Origin: Planctomycetota bacterium
Lineage (GTDB): Bacteria > Planctomycetota > UBA1135 > UBA2386
Assembly: GCA_965223545.1 (NCBI GenBank)
Contig: OZ245006.1
Coordinates: 96,001 to 160,000, forward strand
Reading direction: 5' to 3'
DNA: 64,000 nucleotides
Positions 20,254-33,800 of this stretch are shown one piece after another (positions within the stretch are counted from its first letter, which is position 1; the number at the start of each line of letters is the position of its first letter). The position numbers and the translations under genes were made by a program. The notes under the pieces were generated by a model. It was not told the origin of the DNA. It saw only the letters and a list, made by a program, of their open reading frames with translations, and did not search any database.

Positions 20254-20372
20254 GATTACCTCCCTAACGGGGACTCGGGTTGGGCGGCAGCAGGCGCCGC
20301 CCCCCTGGAGGCTAGCGCTTCGGCCGCCGAAAGCGAGCGTAGACCGGGTAGAAGCCGAGCAACTGCCGATCG

Positions 20373-21383
20373 TCAGCGCAGCGGCAGGGTCGTGTCGACC
20401 ACCGTGGCCACCTCTTCATCCAAGAACAGGTGGACGATGCGGACCCGCAGCGACTGCGCTCCGTCGACGCCCGGCCACTGGAAGGCGCGGGTCGGGGGAT
20501 CGACGTCGAGCGGCTCCCGACCGGTCAGCGCGGCCTCGTGCTGGGCCAGCTCGCCGTCGTCGGCGCCGAGGACGGTGGCGTGGATCGCGAACGTGCGCAG
20601 CTTGAGTCCCGGCACGCGGTGGCCGGCCTTGTTCTCGATGGTCAGCACCACCTGGCCGTCCTGCACGGCGGCGGACAGGCCGAAGGCCGTGGCGCAAAAC
20701 TCGACGTCGAAGGGGCCGAGCACCCGGTGCGAGCGCCCCTTGCGCGCGGGCCCGGTGGCCTCGCCGCTCTCGGGATCCACCGCCATCACCCGCTCCACCT
20801 CGGGCATGTGGCACTCGACGCACGTCTTGCTGACCTGGTCCGGGTAGACCTTGGCGTGATCCTTGGCGACCCCGAGCACATCGGCGATCGAAGTCGAGTG
20901 GCACGACGCACAGAGCGCCGTGGACCCCTTGGTGGTGAACGCCTCGTGCTTGGCGGACGGGTGGGCCTCGGTCTCGGCACCGAACGGCCCGTGGATCACG
21001 CCGTCCTGCTCGTGGCAGCTGACACAGGTCACGCCCTCGTCCTTGTGCACGTCCCGCGTCCGTGGCTTCTTGGGCATCCGGTCGAGCACCGACTGTGGAA
21101 TGTGGCACGGCAAGCACTGCTTGGTGCGCGTCTTCTTCTTCAGATCCGCCTGATAGACCTCGTCGGTCCAAGCGTGGCTGTGGCCGCGCTCACTCCACTC
21201 GCGATGGATCTCGGTGTGGCACGTGCCGCAGCTGGCTGCCGTCGGGTCGAACGCCGAGATGCCGGCGTGAGCGTCGGCGCATGCGGGTTGCTCGGAGCGC
21301 TCACCGCGCAGGATCTCGCCGGCCACCGGTAGCAGCGAGAACCCGAAGACGAGGGAGAGCACGCGGGGTGTGGGGAGTCGCAT
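20373..21383 (-). CDS. Exported pentaheme c-type cytochrome
   Basis: Five CxxCH motifs (CGTCH, CLPCH, CVSCH, CASCH, CVECH), H..I..EW....H after the first, GH..P near the end, and a hydrophobic N-terminus. Confidence 0.9.
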   Translation of the reverse strand: MRLPTPRVLSLVFGFSLLPVAGEILRGERSEQPACADAHAGISAFDPTAASCGTCHTEIHREWSERGHSHAWTDEVYQADLKKKTRTKQCLPCHIPQSVLDRMPKKPRTRDVHKDEGVTCVSCHEQDGVIHGPFGAETEAHPSAKHEAFTTKGSTALCASCHSTSIADVLGVAKDHAKVYPDQVSKTCVECHMPEVERVMAVDPESGEATGPARKGRSHRVLGPFDVEFCATAFGLSAAVQDGQVVLTIENKAGHRVPGLKLRTFAIHATVLGADDGELAQHEAALTGREPLDVDPPTRAFQWPGVDGAQSLRVRIVHLFLDEEVATVVDTTLPLR

Positions 21384-21456
21384 CGGCATCGATTGTAGCA
21401 AAGCCATGCGATCGGGCACGGGCACGACGCGCGGTTGCGCCCGTTCCGTACACGCC

Positions 21457-24222
21457 TCAGTCGAGGCGGTAGGCGTCGTCGATCGGGCGAACGACTCGCT
21501 TGAGATGCAGCGGCCGCCGCAACCCGCCCGGGCCGGGCGCCGGCCGCGCCATCGCCTTCCACTCGTGGTAGATCTCCATCGACTTCTCCGTGTCGACGAA
21601 GACATCACCGTAGCGATCGTCCGGCCCGGCCTTGGTCACGGTGACGCGCTGGTGCCAGCAGTGCATGCCGGACACCGGATCGGGCTGCACCGGGAAGGTC
21701 ATGTTTTGATGCACCCCGCCCTCGCTCCACCACACCTTGGTGCTGTCCCGGTCGTTGCTGGAAAAGGCCGCGACCGGTCGCGTGCGGCGCATCAGGTACT
21801 GGCCGGGCTTGGGCTCGGTGAGCTCGACCGAGTGCTGCTGCCAGCGATTGACGCCCTCGGCATCGGTGGTCACCTTCCAGCGCCCCATGTGGTGGCTGCA
21901 GGCGACGACCCCGGGCCGCACGCCCTCGGTGACCCACGCCCGGTTGATGTAGTGGCCGATGCGGGTCGCCACCTTGACCAAGTCGCCGGTCTCGACGCCG
22001 ATCGTCGCGGCGTCGCTCGGGTGGATCCAGACCGGGTTCGTGTTGGACAGCTCGGTCAGCCACTTGGAGTTGGCCGATCGGGTGTGGATCATCGTCGGCA
22101 ACCGGAAGGTCGAGACCAGGACGAACTCGCTCCGGTCGCGGTCGAGCAGGCTCTCGTCGACGTGGCTGTCGATCTGGGTAGGCAGGGCGTATTCGGGCCA
22201 GCCCCAGTCGACCATCATCTGCGAGTGCACTTCGAGCCGGCGGCTCGGCGTGGGGAAGCCGGCGCAGGCGACGCCATCGACGAGCACGCCGATCGGAACG
22301 CCGTCTCGGTGCACGACCTGCTCGACCTGGTCGTAGTCCGCGTGACTGAGCGCGGCGTCGTCCAGGGTGGCCTTGTGGGTCTCGTACACCTGCTCGGTCA
22401 CCGTGAACGCGCCGTTCCTGCGCATGTACTCGAGCGGCGTGAGCCCCTCCTGCGCCGCGGCTTCGGGCAGGCCCGGCACCGAGTTCTCGAAGATCCAGCG
22501 GTAGTACTCGTCGATGGTCAGCCGCTCGCCCGGCCGGTAGGGCGATTCGAAGTGTCGCCGGATGCCGAGATTGCCGTCGGGGTCGATGCGCCAGCTGAGG
22601 GCGATCCAAAACTCGTCCTCTTCCCAGACCTCGCCCGGGTTGGCCTGGTAGGTCCACTCGACATCGGTGCCTTGCCGCTGCAAGAACGTGCGCATCACCG
22701 GCTGGCGGAAGCTGATCCAACGCGCGGCGTGGGTCTCCTGGCTCATCAGGTCGTGCCGCTCGGTGGCGACGCCCATGGGCAACACGAAGTCGGCCCAGCG
22801 CGCGGTCTCGTTCCACACGGGGGTCAGCGCGGCGTGCATGCCGACCAGGGATTCGTCGCGCAGCACGTCGATCCACACCGCGCCGTCCGGATTGGTCCAC
22901 ACCGGGTTGTAGACGCGGGTGAAGTAGGTATCGAGCACACCGCGGCCGTCCTTGATGAGGTGCGGCAGCAGGAAGGAGAGCTCGTGGTGGGACAGGGGCC
23001 ACTCGCGCGGGTACAGCAGCTCGCTCCAGACCTCCTGCGGCGACGGCTTGGAGAACGGCTGCGCCACGAACTTGTTGACGCCGGCGGGGTTGGTGCCGCC
23101 TTCGGTGCCGACCGAACCGGTCAGCACGCTGACGAACTGCAGGCAGCGGGCGACCTGCCAGCCGCCGAGGTTGCCGCTGGCGGTGTTGCGCCAGATGTGC
23201 GCCGCGAACCGCGAGCCGGCACGGCCGATCGCGCGCGCCACGCGCTCGATCTGCTCGGTGGAAAGGCCCGTGCGCGCGGCGACCCTGTCGGGCGTGTAGC
23301 TGGCGTAGGCCTGGACCAGGTCGTCGAGAAAGCCCTCGAAGCCGCCGCGCACGCCGCGGGCGCGGTTGTAGCCGCGCCAGTCGACCCAACGCTCGAGGAA
23401 GTCGCGGTCGTAGAGCCCATCGCGCAGAATCACGTGGGCGAAGCCGAGCAGCATCACCGACTCGGTGCCGGGCCGGGTCGGCAGCCATTCGTCCGCCATG
23501 CTGGCGGTGTTCGACAGCCGGATGTCGCAGGCGGCGATGGTCGCGCCGCTCATCTTCGCCTCGAGGATTCGCTGCGCGTGCGGATTGAAGTAGTGGCCGG
23601 TCTCGAGGTGTGCGCTGATCAGCAGGATGAACTTGGCGTTGGCATAGTCCGGCGAGGGCCGGTCGTGCCCACTCCACAGGGTGTAGCCGAGCCGCGCCGC
23701 CGCCGAGCACACGTTGGTGTGCGAGTTGTGCCCATCGACACCCCAGGCCTGCAGCACGCGGTCCATGTAACCATCCGCGCCGGGCCGGCCGACGTGATAC
23801 ATGACCTCGGTGCGCCGCCCCTCGATCAAGGCCTTGCGCACGCGCGCCGCCAGGGTGTCGAGCACCTCGTCCCAGCTGACCCGGGCGAACTGGCCGCTGC
23901 CGCGCGGCCCGGTCCGCTTCATCGGATACAGGATGCGGTCGGGGTCGTCGACCTGGTTGAGAGTGGCGGGGCCCTTCGCGCAGTTGCGCCCGCGCGAGCC
24001 GGGGTGGTGTGGATTGCCCTCGAGCTTGGTGATCTTGCGGCTCTCCTTGTCGACGTAGGCCACCAGGCCGCACGCCGCCTCGCAGTTGAAGCAGGTCGTC
24101 GGCACCAAGGTGTAGTGCCGCTCGACGCGGCGCGGCCAGGCCTTGCCGTCGAGCTCGACCCAATCGTCCCATCGCTCGCGCGGCGGACTCTGCTGCAGAG
24201 TAGTGACGGACATCGGTTGCAT
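21457..24222 (-). CDS. Mo/W-bisPGD oxidoreductase catalytic subunit (DMSO reductase superfamily, Psr/Arr-like)
   Basis: FS0 motif CFNCEAAC...[32 protein letters not shown]-terminal molybdopterin-dinucleotide domain. No twin-arginine leader. Start 24222 or 24213. Confidence 0.92.
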   Translation of the reverse strand: MQPMSVTTLQQSPPRERWDDWVELDGKAWPRRVERHYTLVPTTCFNCEAACGLVAYVDKESRKITKLEGNPHHPGSRGRNCAKGPATLNQVDDPDRILYPMKRTGPRGSGQFARVSWDEVLDTLAARVRKALIEGRRTEVMYHVGRPGADGYMDRVLQAWGVDGHNSHTNVCSAAARLGYTLWSGHDRPSPDYANAKFILLISAHLETGHYFNPHAQRILEAKMSGATIAACDIRLSNTASMADEWLPTRPGTESVMLLGFAHVILRDGLYDRDFLERWVDWRGYNRARGVRGGFEGFLDDLVQAYASYTPDRVAARTGLSTEQIERVARAIGRAGSRFAAHIWRNTASGNLGGWQVARCLQFVSVLTGSVGTEGGTNPAGVNKFVAQPFSKPSPQEVWSELLYPREWPLSHHELSFLLPHLIKDGRGVLDTYFTRVYNPVWTNPDGAVWIDVLRDESLVGMHAALTPVWNETARWADFVLPMGVATERHDLMSQETHAARWISFRQPVMRTFLQRQGTDVEWTYQANPGEVWEEDEFWIALSWRIDPDGNLGIRRHFESPYRPGERLTIDEYYRWIFENSVPGLPEAAAQEGLTPLEYMRRNGAFTVTEQVYETHKATLDDAALSHADYDQVEQVVHRDGVPIGVLVDGVACAGFPTPSRRLEVHSQMMVDWGWPEYALPTQIDSHVDESLLDRDRSEFVLVSTFRLPTMIHTRSANSKWLTELSNTNPVWIHPSDAATIGVETGDLVKVATRIGHYINRAWVTEGVRPGVVACSHHMGRWKVTTDAEGVNRWQQHSVELTEPKPGQYLMRRTRPVAAFSSNDRDSTKVWWSEGGVHQNMTFPVQPDPVSGMHCWHQRVTVTKAGPDDRYGDVFVDTEKSMEIYHEWKAMARPAPGPGGLRRPLHLKRVVRPIDDAYRLD

Positions 24223-24241
24223 GGCGATCGGCTCCCGGCGG

Positions 24242-25762
24242 TCAGGACAGAGGCGGCAGCTGGCCGGCGCGCAAGAACGCCTGCTCGTACCAGAACACGC
24301 CGAGGCAGATCCCGGCAAACAACAGCGAGGTCGCGGGCAGGGTGAACGCCGCCAAGACACCTGCCTGCTGGAGCAGGGCAAGGCCCAGCAGGAGCAGGGG
24401 GGCGGCGGTCGAGAACTGCAGCCCCTCGCTCAGCGCGCGGAATCGCGAGCCCTCCCACAGCGGAATGCGGGGCAACAGCGAAGCCGCCTGCCGCGCGTTG
24501 TCGGTGTGGTGCGGCCCCTTGGCCTCGGTCAGCGCGTAGTAAAGGTGCGCCGCGCTCGCCACCACCGCGACGAGGGCGAGGGCGAGGGATGGCACGACGA
24601 GCAAGAGGGCGGAGGCGCCCAACAACAACGCCTGCACCAGCAGATGCGGCAGGGTGCGGGCGGCGTTCTGCCACAGGTCGCGGCCTTCACACTGAGCCAA
24701 CAAGAACGCCGTGTAGCCGGCGGCGCCGGCGCCGAGCAGCGCGTTGGGCCAGCGCAGCAGGTCGACGAGGGTGTCCTGTCCCAACCAGTGGAGCAGCACC
24801 AACAGCGCGGTGAGGCCGGAGAACGCCATCAGCACCCAGGCGCCCTTGACCAACCAGCTCTTCGGGTTGGGCCGGAGCAACAGCCGCAAGAAGGCGGCCG
24901 GCCGCTTGAGATCGGCGACCAACAGCACGGCGGTGATCGCGGTGAACAAGAGGGCGATGAGCTCGGGCGCCCAGTTGGCGGCACCCTGAAGGCCGAACGC
25001 GCCGGCAAACGGCGCCAGCATCGCCGCCCCGCCGGCAACCCCCTTGGTGACCAGATAAAAGGAGATCATCCAGCCCCAATGCACCTTGTGGTGCACGTCC
25101 AACACGGTGGTGGCGTTGGGGTAGAGCTCGCGGTCGGCCGGCCAATCGGGCGCCGGGGCGCGCCGCTCGCTCCACAGATAGGTCTCCGGCTCGGCGGCGG
25201 TGCCCGGCTGCAGCGACACCGGGTCGGTCCCGATGTAGTAGACGTTGGGGCCGGTGCGCTGCTCGGGGCGCCGCACCTCGGCATCGGGCAGGCGCGACAG
25301 ATGGCCGACCTCGCTGCCTGGGTCGTGCAAGTCGCCGGCGACGATGGCCTGCTCGGGACAGACGGTGACACACGCCGGCTCCATGTTCTGCTCGATGCGA
25401 TGCGCGCAGTAGTGGCACTTCTCGGCGCCGCCGGTGTCCTCGTTGAGATAGATGGCGTCGTACGGGCAAGCCTGGAGACAGGCCTTGCAGCCGATGCACG
25501 CGTCCCGGTCGAGGTCGACGATGCCGTCGCTGCGCTTGTGCAAAGCGGTCACCGGGCAGATGGTGACGCAGGGCGCATTCGTGCAGTGGTTGCAGCGCAG
25601 CACGGCGAAGTGCCGGCGCACCGCGGGGAACGTGCCGATCTCGGTGTACTTGACCCAGGTGCGGAAGTCGCCGACCGGGACGTCGTTCTCGGACTTGCAG
25701 GCCACCGTGCAGGCGTGACAGCCGATGCACTTGCGGTGGTCCATGACGAAGCCGTACTGCAT
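24242..25762 (-). CDS. Fused four-cluster ferredoxin (NrfC/PsrB-like) and NrfD/PsrC-like membrane anchor
   Basis: CIGCHACTVAC, CNHCTNAPCVTICP, CIGCKACLQACP and KCHYC...PACVTVCP, followed by WGW.I..Y, DL.RP..F, SW...GAW and YTAFLL multi-TM region. Confidence 0.92.
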   Translation of the reverse strand: MQYGFVMDHRKCIGCHACTVACKSENDVPVGDFRTWVKYTEIGTFPAVRRHFAVLRCNHCTNAPCVTICPVTALHKRSDGIVDLDRDACIGCKACLQACPYDAIYLNEDTGGAEKCHYCAHRIEQNMEPACVTVCPEQAIVAGDLHDPGSEVGHLSRLPDAEVRRPEQRTGPNVYYIGTDPVSLQPGTAAEPETYLWSERRAPAPDWPADRELYPNATTVLDVHHKVHWGWMISFYLVTKGVAGGAAMLAPFAGAFGLQGAANWAPELIALLFTAITAVLLVADLKRPAAFLRLLLRPNPKSWLVKGAWVLMAFSGLTALLVLLHWLGQDTLVDLLRWPNALLGAGAAGYTAFLLAQCEGRDLWQNAARTLPHLLVQALLLGASALLLVVPSLALALVAVVASAAHLYYALTEAKGPHHTDNARQAASLLPRIPLWEGSRFRALSEGLQFSTAAPLLLLGLALLQQAGVLAAFTLPATSLLFAGICLGVFWYEQAFLRAGQLPPLS

Positions 25763-26199
25763 GCGTGATCTTGGGGCTCGAGTTGGGGTGGCGCGGCGTG
25801 GTGACGGCGAAGAGCGCGTCCGGACCATATCGGCCGCTGCGCGCCGGGCAAGCGGCGGCACTGACAAGGGCACCGACAAGGTCGGGAGGCCCCACGCCGA
25901 AACCCGTGCGACAGCGCGTGGCGTGGGGCCATCCCATTGCAGACGAGCGACGGGTCGAAGCTCTCGGGCGTCGCGGTCGCCATCCCGGCCCGCCGAGGGG
26001 CGCACATCGGGGGAGGCGGACGCGCCGGTTCTTCAAGGCGCTGAGAATGGGCCGCTGCCGCTGGGCAGCCGCCCACACGAGTCCACCAGAATCAGACGAG
26101 GGCGGCTGCGAGCTGTCAACCTGCGCAACCCGTCAGCGAGCACTGCGCCGGCCCCCAACCGCCCTTGCCGAGGCGCGATCGCGCAAGCGATGGCGCGCT

Positions 26200-28029
26200 T
26201 CAGTCCCCGCCGATCAGCGCGTCCAGTGTGCGCCGCGTCACCTCGTGGTAGCCCGAGCGCGCCCGAGCGTAGATCGCCCGGCCCCGCTCGGGGTCGTGCC
26301 GCATCAGGGACTCGTACAGCGGCTTCAGGAACTTGCGGCGCCCGACCTCGAGCAAGAATCGCTCGAGCGGGGCCTCGGCGCTGGCATCACCACAGGCGAT
26401 CGCCAGCTGCAGCGCCGCGGCGCGGATCTCGCTGTTGCCGGACGTCGTCAGCGCGAAGCGCTGGTTGAGCGCGGCCCAGCGCTCGGGAGCCGGCCCGATC
26501 CGCTGCAAGAAACGCAACCACTCGTGGGTGCTCCAGTCGCGGCTCGGCAACGCGTCGAGCGAAGCCCCGTCGAGAAAGGCCGTGGCCGCCTCGTCGACGC
26601 GGGCAAACGCGGCGCTGCGCGGGCGCGGTGCGTCGGGAGGCAGACCGGTGCCTTCGATCCAGCGGTCGACGTTGATCGTCGACGCCGCCAGTGGGTGGTG
26701 CTGCAACAGCTCGCTCTGCAGGTCGCGGCGGAACGTCTCGGTGCTGATGCTCTGGAAGGCGTGGCGTTCGAAGTAGCCGTGCAAGAACTCGTCGAACGCC
26801 TCCCGCCCAAAGCGATGCTCCAGCAAGCGCAGGAAGGCGGCGCCCTTGTCGTAGGGCACAGCGGTCATGCCGTCGTCCGGGTTGCGGCCGGCCAGGTCGA
26901 TGTGCAGCACCTGGTCGCCCGGCGGCAGGCTGCGCAGCTCCTCGTCGAGGCCGGTCATACCGATCAGGATCTCCATCTTCGCGCGCTCCTCGCCGTAGAC
27001 CGCCTCCATGATCCGGTGCTCGAGGTAGACGGTGAAGCCCTCGTTGAGCCAGAAGTCGCTCCAGGTCGCGTTGGTGACCAGATTGCCCGACCACGAGTGC
27101 GCCAGCTCGTGCGCGATCAACGCCACCAGGGACTTGTCGCCGGCGAGGATCGTCGGCGTCGCGAACGTCAGCCGCGGATTCTCCATGCCGCCGAACGGAA
27201 ACGCCGGCGGCAGGATGATCACGTCGAACCGACCCCAGCGGTAGGGGCCGAACAGCTCCTCGCACGACAAGAGCATCGCCGGCATGTCCTCGAGCTCGGC
27301 GGCGGCACGCCCGACGACGGTCGGCTCCGCCCAGACGCCGGTCTCGGCCGACAGCCCGCGAAACTCCAGCACGCCGCACGCCAGCGCCAGGAGATACGAC
27401 GGGATCGGCTGCTGCATGCGGAACCGGTGCGCGCCGTCCTCGTCTCGACCGAGAGCCTCCGCCGCCATCACCACCGTGAGCTCGGCCGGTGCGCGCACGG
27501 TGGCGTCGAAGGTGATGCGCACCCCCGGCGTGTCCTGCAAGGGGATCCACGAGCGGGTCAGGATCGCCTGGCCCTGGGTGTAGAGGAAGGGGCCGCGCCC
27601 CGCGTCGGTTTGCTCGGCGGCGAGCCACTGCAGGGCCGCCGCACCCGGGTGGGTGCGATAGCGCACCCGCACGGTGTCGTCCCCCGCAGCGAGCGGAATC
27701 ACCAGGGCCGCGCCCAGGATCGGGTCGGCGGGTCGCAGGTCGAAGCTGCGCGGACCGCCATCGGTTCCCTCCACCGCTTCGATGAACAGGTCACGCGTGT
27801 CCAGCACCAAGGGGGCGCTCCGGTCGCGCCGCTCGAGATGGAGCGTGGCGCTGCCGATCACCTGCCGCAGGTCGAAGTCCAGCTCGAGATCGAGTGCCAC
27901 GTGCCGCACCGCCACGCGGTCGGGTACCGCGTAGCTGTGTACGTCGGCAACCCGCGGTCCCGGCCGCGGCGCGGTGCTGTGGCAGGCGGCGAGGACTGCG
28001 AGGGGAAGGGCGGCCAGGGCATTGCGCAT
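26200..28029 (-). CDS. M1-family aminopeptidase (leukotriene A4 hydrolase-like), lipoprotein
   Basis: GGMEN, HELAH-x18-E (WLNEG), PYDKG and C-terminal VGRRKFLKPLY; lipobox LAAC. Confidence 0.95.
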   Translation of the reverse strand: MRNALAALPLAVLAACHSTAPRPGPRVADVHSYAVPDRVAVRHVALDLELDFDLRQVIGSATLHLERRDRSAPLVLDTRDLFIEAVEGTDGGPRSFDLRPADPILGAALVIPLAAGDDTVRVRYRTHPGAAALQWLAAEQTDAGRGPFLYTQGQAILTRSWIPLQDTPGVRITFDATVRAPAELTVVMAAEALGRDEDGAHRFRMQQPIPSYLLALACGVLEFRGLSAETGVWAEPTVVGRAAAELEDMPAMLLSCEELFGPYRWGRFDVIILPPAFPFGGMENPRLTFATPTILAGDKSLVALIAHELAHSWSGNLVTNATWSDFWLNEGFTVYLEHRIMEAVYGEERAKMEILIGMTGLDEELRSLPPGDQVLHIDLAGRNPDDGMTAVPYDKGAAFLRLLEHRFGREAFDEFLHGYFERHAFQSISTETFRRDLQSELLQHHPLAASTINVDRWIEGTGLPPDAPRPRSAAFARVDEAATAFLDGASLDALPSRDWSTHEWLRFLQRIGPAPERWAALNQRFALTTSGNSEIRAAALQLAIACGDASAEAPLERFLLEVGRRKFLKPLYESLMRHDPERGRAIYARARSGYHEVTRRTLDALIGGD

Positions 28030-28153
28030 GACAGCTGTGATACGCCCCGCGGCGCGGCGGCGCGAGGCCACGCCGCCGCGATCGCAGGCCGCTCTGCGGG
28101 CCGTGGAAACCCCTTGTTTCCGGGGTTGCGGATGCGTTACCTCCTCGACCGTC

Positions 28154-30103
<1,950 letters not shown>

Positions 30104-30238
30104 GAATTGCGGTGGTCGCGAAACCCGCGGCGCGCGGTGTAGGATACGAGCCACTTGGGGTGTTCGCCGATCTGCGGCACCGCCCCGCTTTCACACGACC
30201 CAACGAACACGAGGTAACGACGAAATTGATGAGGACGC

Positions 30239-30781
30239 ATGCCACGACCTGACCCGCGACGCGGGCGCCGACCGACTCCCATGGGCCCGCGCGTCAATCA
30301 CCAAATCCGAATGCGGCAGGTCCGATGCATCGATGACGAGGGCAAGCAGCTCGGTGTCATAGACACGGCCGACGCCCTCGCACTCGCCATCCGCAAGGGA
30401 CTCGACCTGGTCGAGATCGCGCCAAACCAGCGGCCGCCGGTGGCGCGGATCATGGACTTCGGCAAGTACAAGTACGAGCTGAAGAAGAAGGAGCAGGCGA
30501 GCAAGAAGAAGCAGCACCAGGTGCAGGTGAAGGAGGTGCGCGTGCGCCCCAAGATCGCCGAGCACGACGTGCAGGTGAAGGTGCGGCGCGCGCGCAACTT
30601 CCTCGAGGCCGGCGACAAGGTGCAGGTCAACTGCCTGTTCCGCGGCCGCGAGATGGCGCACAAGGACGTCGCCCACAAGGTGATGATGCACGTCTACGAG
30701 CTGCTCGAAGACATCGCCAAGATCGAGCGCCAGCCCCACATGGAGGGCCGGCGGATGATCATGCTGCTCACCAAGAAGTGA
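30239..30781 (+). CDS. infC: Translation initiation factor IF-3
   Basis: N..IR...VR.ID..G.QLG, LDLVEI.P...PPVARIMDFGKYKYE and FRGRE. Confidence 0.98.
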   Translation: MPRPDPRRGRRPTPMGPRVNHQIRMRQVRCIDDEGKQLGVIDTADALALAIRKGLDLVEIAPNQRPPVARIMDFGKYKYELKKKEQASKKKQHQVQVKEVRVRPKIAEHDVQVKVRRARNFLEAGDKVQVNCLFRGREMAHKDVAHKVMMHVYELLEDIAKIERQPHMEGRRMIMLLTKK

Positions 30782-30865
30782 GCGCGGAGTGCGCGCCCTT
30801 GGCCGGCGCGCGCAAGCCCGCGCTGGGCTCCGCCCCGCGAGCGGCGTAGACTCTTGGTCAAAACC

Positions 30866-33800
30866 GTGTCGCAACTGCAAGATCCAGCCCCCGAAGGGTT
30901 GTCGTCCGATGACTTCGCCCGGCAGTTCGGCTTCAGCGCCGGCTACGTGGAGAAGGTCTACGCCGACTGGCGCGCGGCGCCGGAGTCCGTCTCGGAGGAA
31001 TGGCGCCGCTTCTTCCTGGAGCGCAGCGGGGCGACTGCGCAGTCCGCTCCGCCGGCATCGGCCGGCGCCCCATCGGTCGCGGCACCGGCCCGAGCCCCCG
31101 CGCCGGACGCTCCGGCGACCCCGGCGCGCGAGCCGGCGGCCGACGACAGCGGCGACGGGTCGCTCGAGCTGATCCGCGGGGTCGCCGCGCGCATCGCCAC
31201 CAACATGGAGGCCAGCCTCGAGGTGCCGACGGCGACGTCGGCGCGCGAGGTGCCGGTCGTCGTGCTGGAGGAGAACCGGCGCATCATCAACGAGCACTTG
31301 GCGATCGATCGCCGCGGCAAGGCGAGCTTCACCCACCTGGTGGCCTGGGCGATGGTGCGCGCCCTCGAGCAGCGGCCGGCGATGGCGACGTCGTACGTGC
31401 TGTTCGACGGCCGGCCGCACCGCCGGTCGTGGCCTGTGATCAACCTCGGCGTCGCCGCCGACACCGAGGGCCGCGATGGCCGGCGCAGCCTGGTGGTGCC
31501 CAACCTCAAGGACGTCGCGCGGCACGACTTCGCCGAGTTCTTGGCGGCGTTCAACGACGTCATCGGCCGGGCGCGCCGGGGCAAGCTCACGCCCGAGGAC
31601 TTTCAGGACACGACCTGCACGCTGACCAACCCGGGCATGATCGGCACGGTCAGCAGCCTGCCGCGGCTGATGGCCGGCCAGGCGTTCATCCTCGCCACTG
31701 GCTCGATCGGCGTGCCCGCGGCCTACATGGGCGCCTCGGTCGAGACCCTCAACGAGCTCGGCATCTCCAAGGTGATGACCGTCACCAACACCTACGACCA
31801 CCGCGTCATCCAAGGCGCGGAGTCGGGGGACTACCTGGCGCTGATGCACCAGCTGCTGGTCGGGGAGCACGACTTCTACGAGCGGATCTTTGCCGATCTC
31901 GGCATCCCGCACCGGCCCTACCGCTTCACCCAGGACCGCCGCGCGGCTCCCGGCTCGCCGCTGCGCGAGATCGAGAACATGGAGCGCGCCGCCAAGGTGA
32001 TGCAGTACATCCGCGCCTACCGCGTGCGCGGCTACCTGCTCGCCGATCTCGACCCGCTCCACTACGAACCCAAGACGTTCCCCGAGCTCGATATGAGCTC
32101 GTACGGGCTGACGATCTGGGACCTGGGCCGCGAGTTCTTCACCGGCGGGGTGACCGGCCGGCCGATCGCGACCCTGCGCGAGATCCGCGCCACCCTGCAC
32201 GCGACCTATTGCCGGCGGATCGGCGCAGAGTTCATGCACATCGCCGATCCGGAGCAGAAGGAGTGGCTGCGGACGCGGATGGAGGGCAACCACAACCGCG
32301 AAGAGCTGCCGCGGGAAACGGTGCTGCGCGTGCTCGACAAGCTGGTCGAAGCCGAGGCATTCGAGCGCTTTCTGCACACCCGCTTCGTCGGCCACAAGCG
32401 GTTCTCGCTCGAGGGCGCCGAGACGCTGATCCCGGCGCTGGACGCACTCTTGCTGCGCGCGATCGAGCTCGGCGTCCACCGCGCAGTGATGGGGATGGCC
32501 CACCGCGGCCGGCTGAACGTGCTGGCGCACGTGCTCGGCAAGCCGCTGACCCGCATCTTCTCCGAGTTCGAGGGCTCGCTCGACCCAGCGCTCAGCCAGG
32601 GCTCCGGCGACGTCAAGTACCACCTCGGCACGACCGGCAGCTACCGGTCGCCCGACGGCGGCGCCCTCGACATCGAGCTCGCCAGCAACCCGAGCCACCT
32701 CGAGGCGGTGAGCCCCGTGGTGGAGGGTGTCGCCCGCGGCCGTCAGCTGCTCGACGACGAGAGCCGCGACCGGCAGGGAGTGCTGCCGATCTTGATCCAC
32801 GGCGACGCCGCGTTCGCCGGTCAGGGGGTGGTGTCGGAGACCTTGAACATGTCGCAGCTGCCGGGTTACCGCACCGGCGGCACCGTGCACATCATCGTCA
32901 ACAATCAGATCGGCTACACGACGCTGCCCGCCGACGCCCGGTCGACGCCCTACTGCACCGACGTCGCCAAGGCGATCCAGGCGCCGATCTTCCACGTCAA
33001 CGGCGACGATCCGCTGGCGGTGGTGCGCATGGTGCGGTTGGCGCTCGACTACCGGCAGCAGTTCGGGCGCGACGTGGTCGTCGACATCGTCTGCTATCGG
33101 CGGCACGGTCACAACGAGGGCGACGAGCCGGAGTACACCCAGCCGGTGCTCTACCGCCGCATCCAGGCCCATGCGACCGTGCGCGAGATCTACCAGGCCT
33201 ATCTGTTGCGCGCCGGCGTGCTGGACGGAGACGACGTGCGCGGCTTCGACGAGGCGTTGGACGAGCGGCTGCGCGCCGCGCTCGACGAAGTGCGCAGCGC
33301 CGACCCGCCGCGGCCGCGCCAACCGCGCGACCCCGCGCCACCGCAGTGGGCACCGCGATCCACGGGCGTCGACCTCGACCGGTTGCAGGCCTTGGCCGAG
33401 CCGTTGTTCGCGATCCCCGACGGCTTCTCGCCGCACCCCAAGCTGCTGCGGCTGTGGGACCGGCGCCGACAAATGCTCGCCGGCGAGCGCGGGGTCGACT
33501 TCGGCTGCGGCGAGAGCTTGGCGTTCGCGACGCTGCTGACGCAGGGGGTGCCGGTGCGGCTGGCCGGCCAGGACAGCGGCAGGGGCACCTTCTCGCAACG
33601 GCACGCGGTGATCGTCGACACCGAGACCGCCGACCGCCACGTGCCGCTGCGCAGCTTGGCCGACGAGCAGGCCCGCTTCCTGGTCGTCGACAGTCTGTTG
33701 AGCGAGGAGGCGGCGCTGGGCTTCGAGTACGGCTTCGCGGTCGCGCGCCCCGACGTGTTGACGCTTTGGGAGGCTCAGTTCGGCGACTTCGCCAACGGTG

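Noticed and set aside
25860..25980. Moco riboswitch as a firm feature
   Set aside because: Only a short GCCTCCC resemblance; the multi-stem consensus could not be built by eye. Kept as a low-score finding.
30104..30241. Non-canonical ATT start for infC or an L20 leader
   Set aside because: The ATT at 30225 is out of frame, an in-frame ATG with GAGG exists at 30239, and only a short inverted repeat (GTGTTCG/CGAACAC) is visible.
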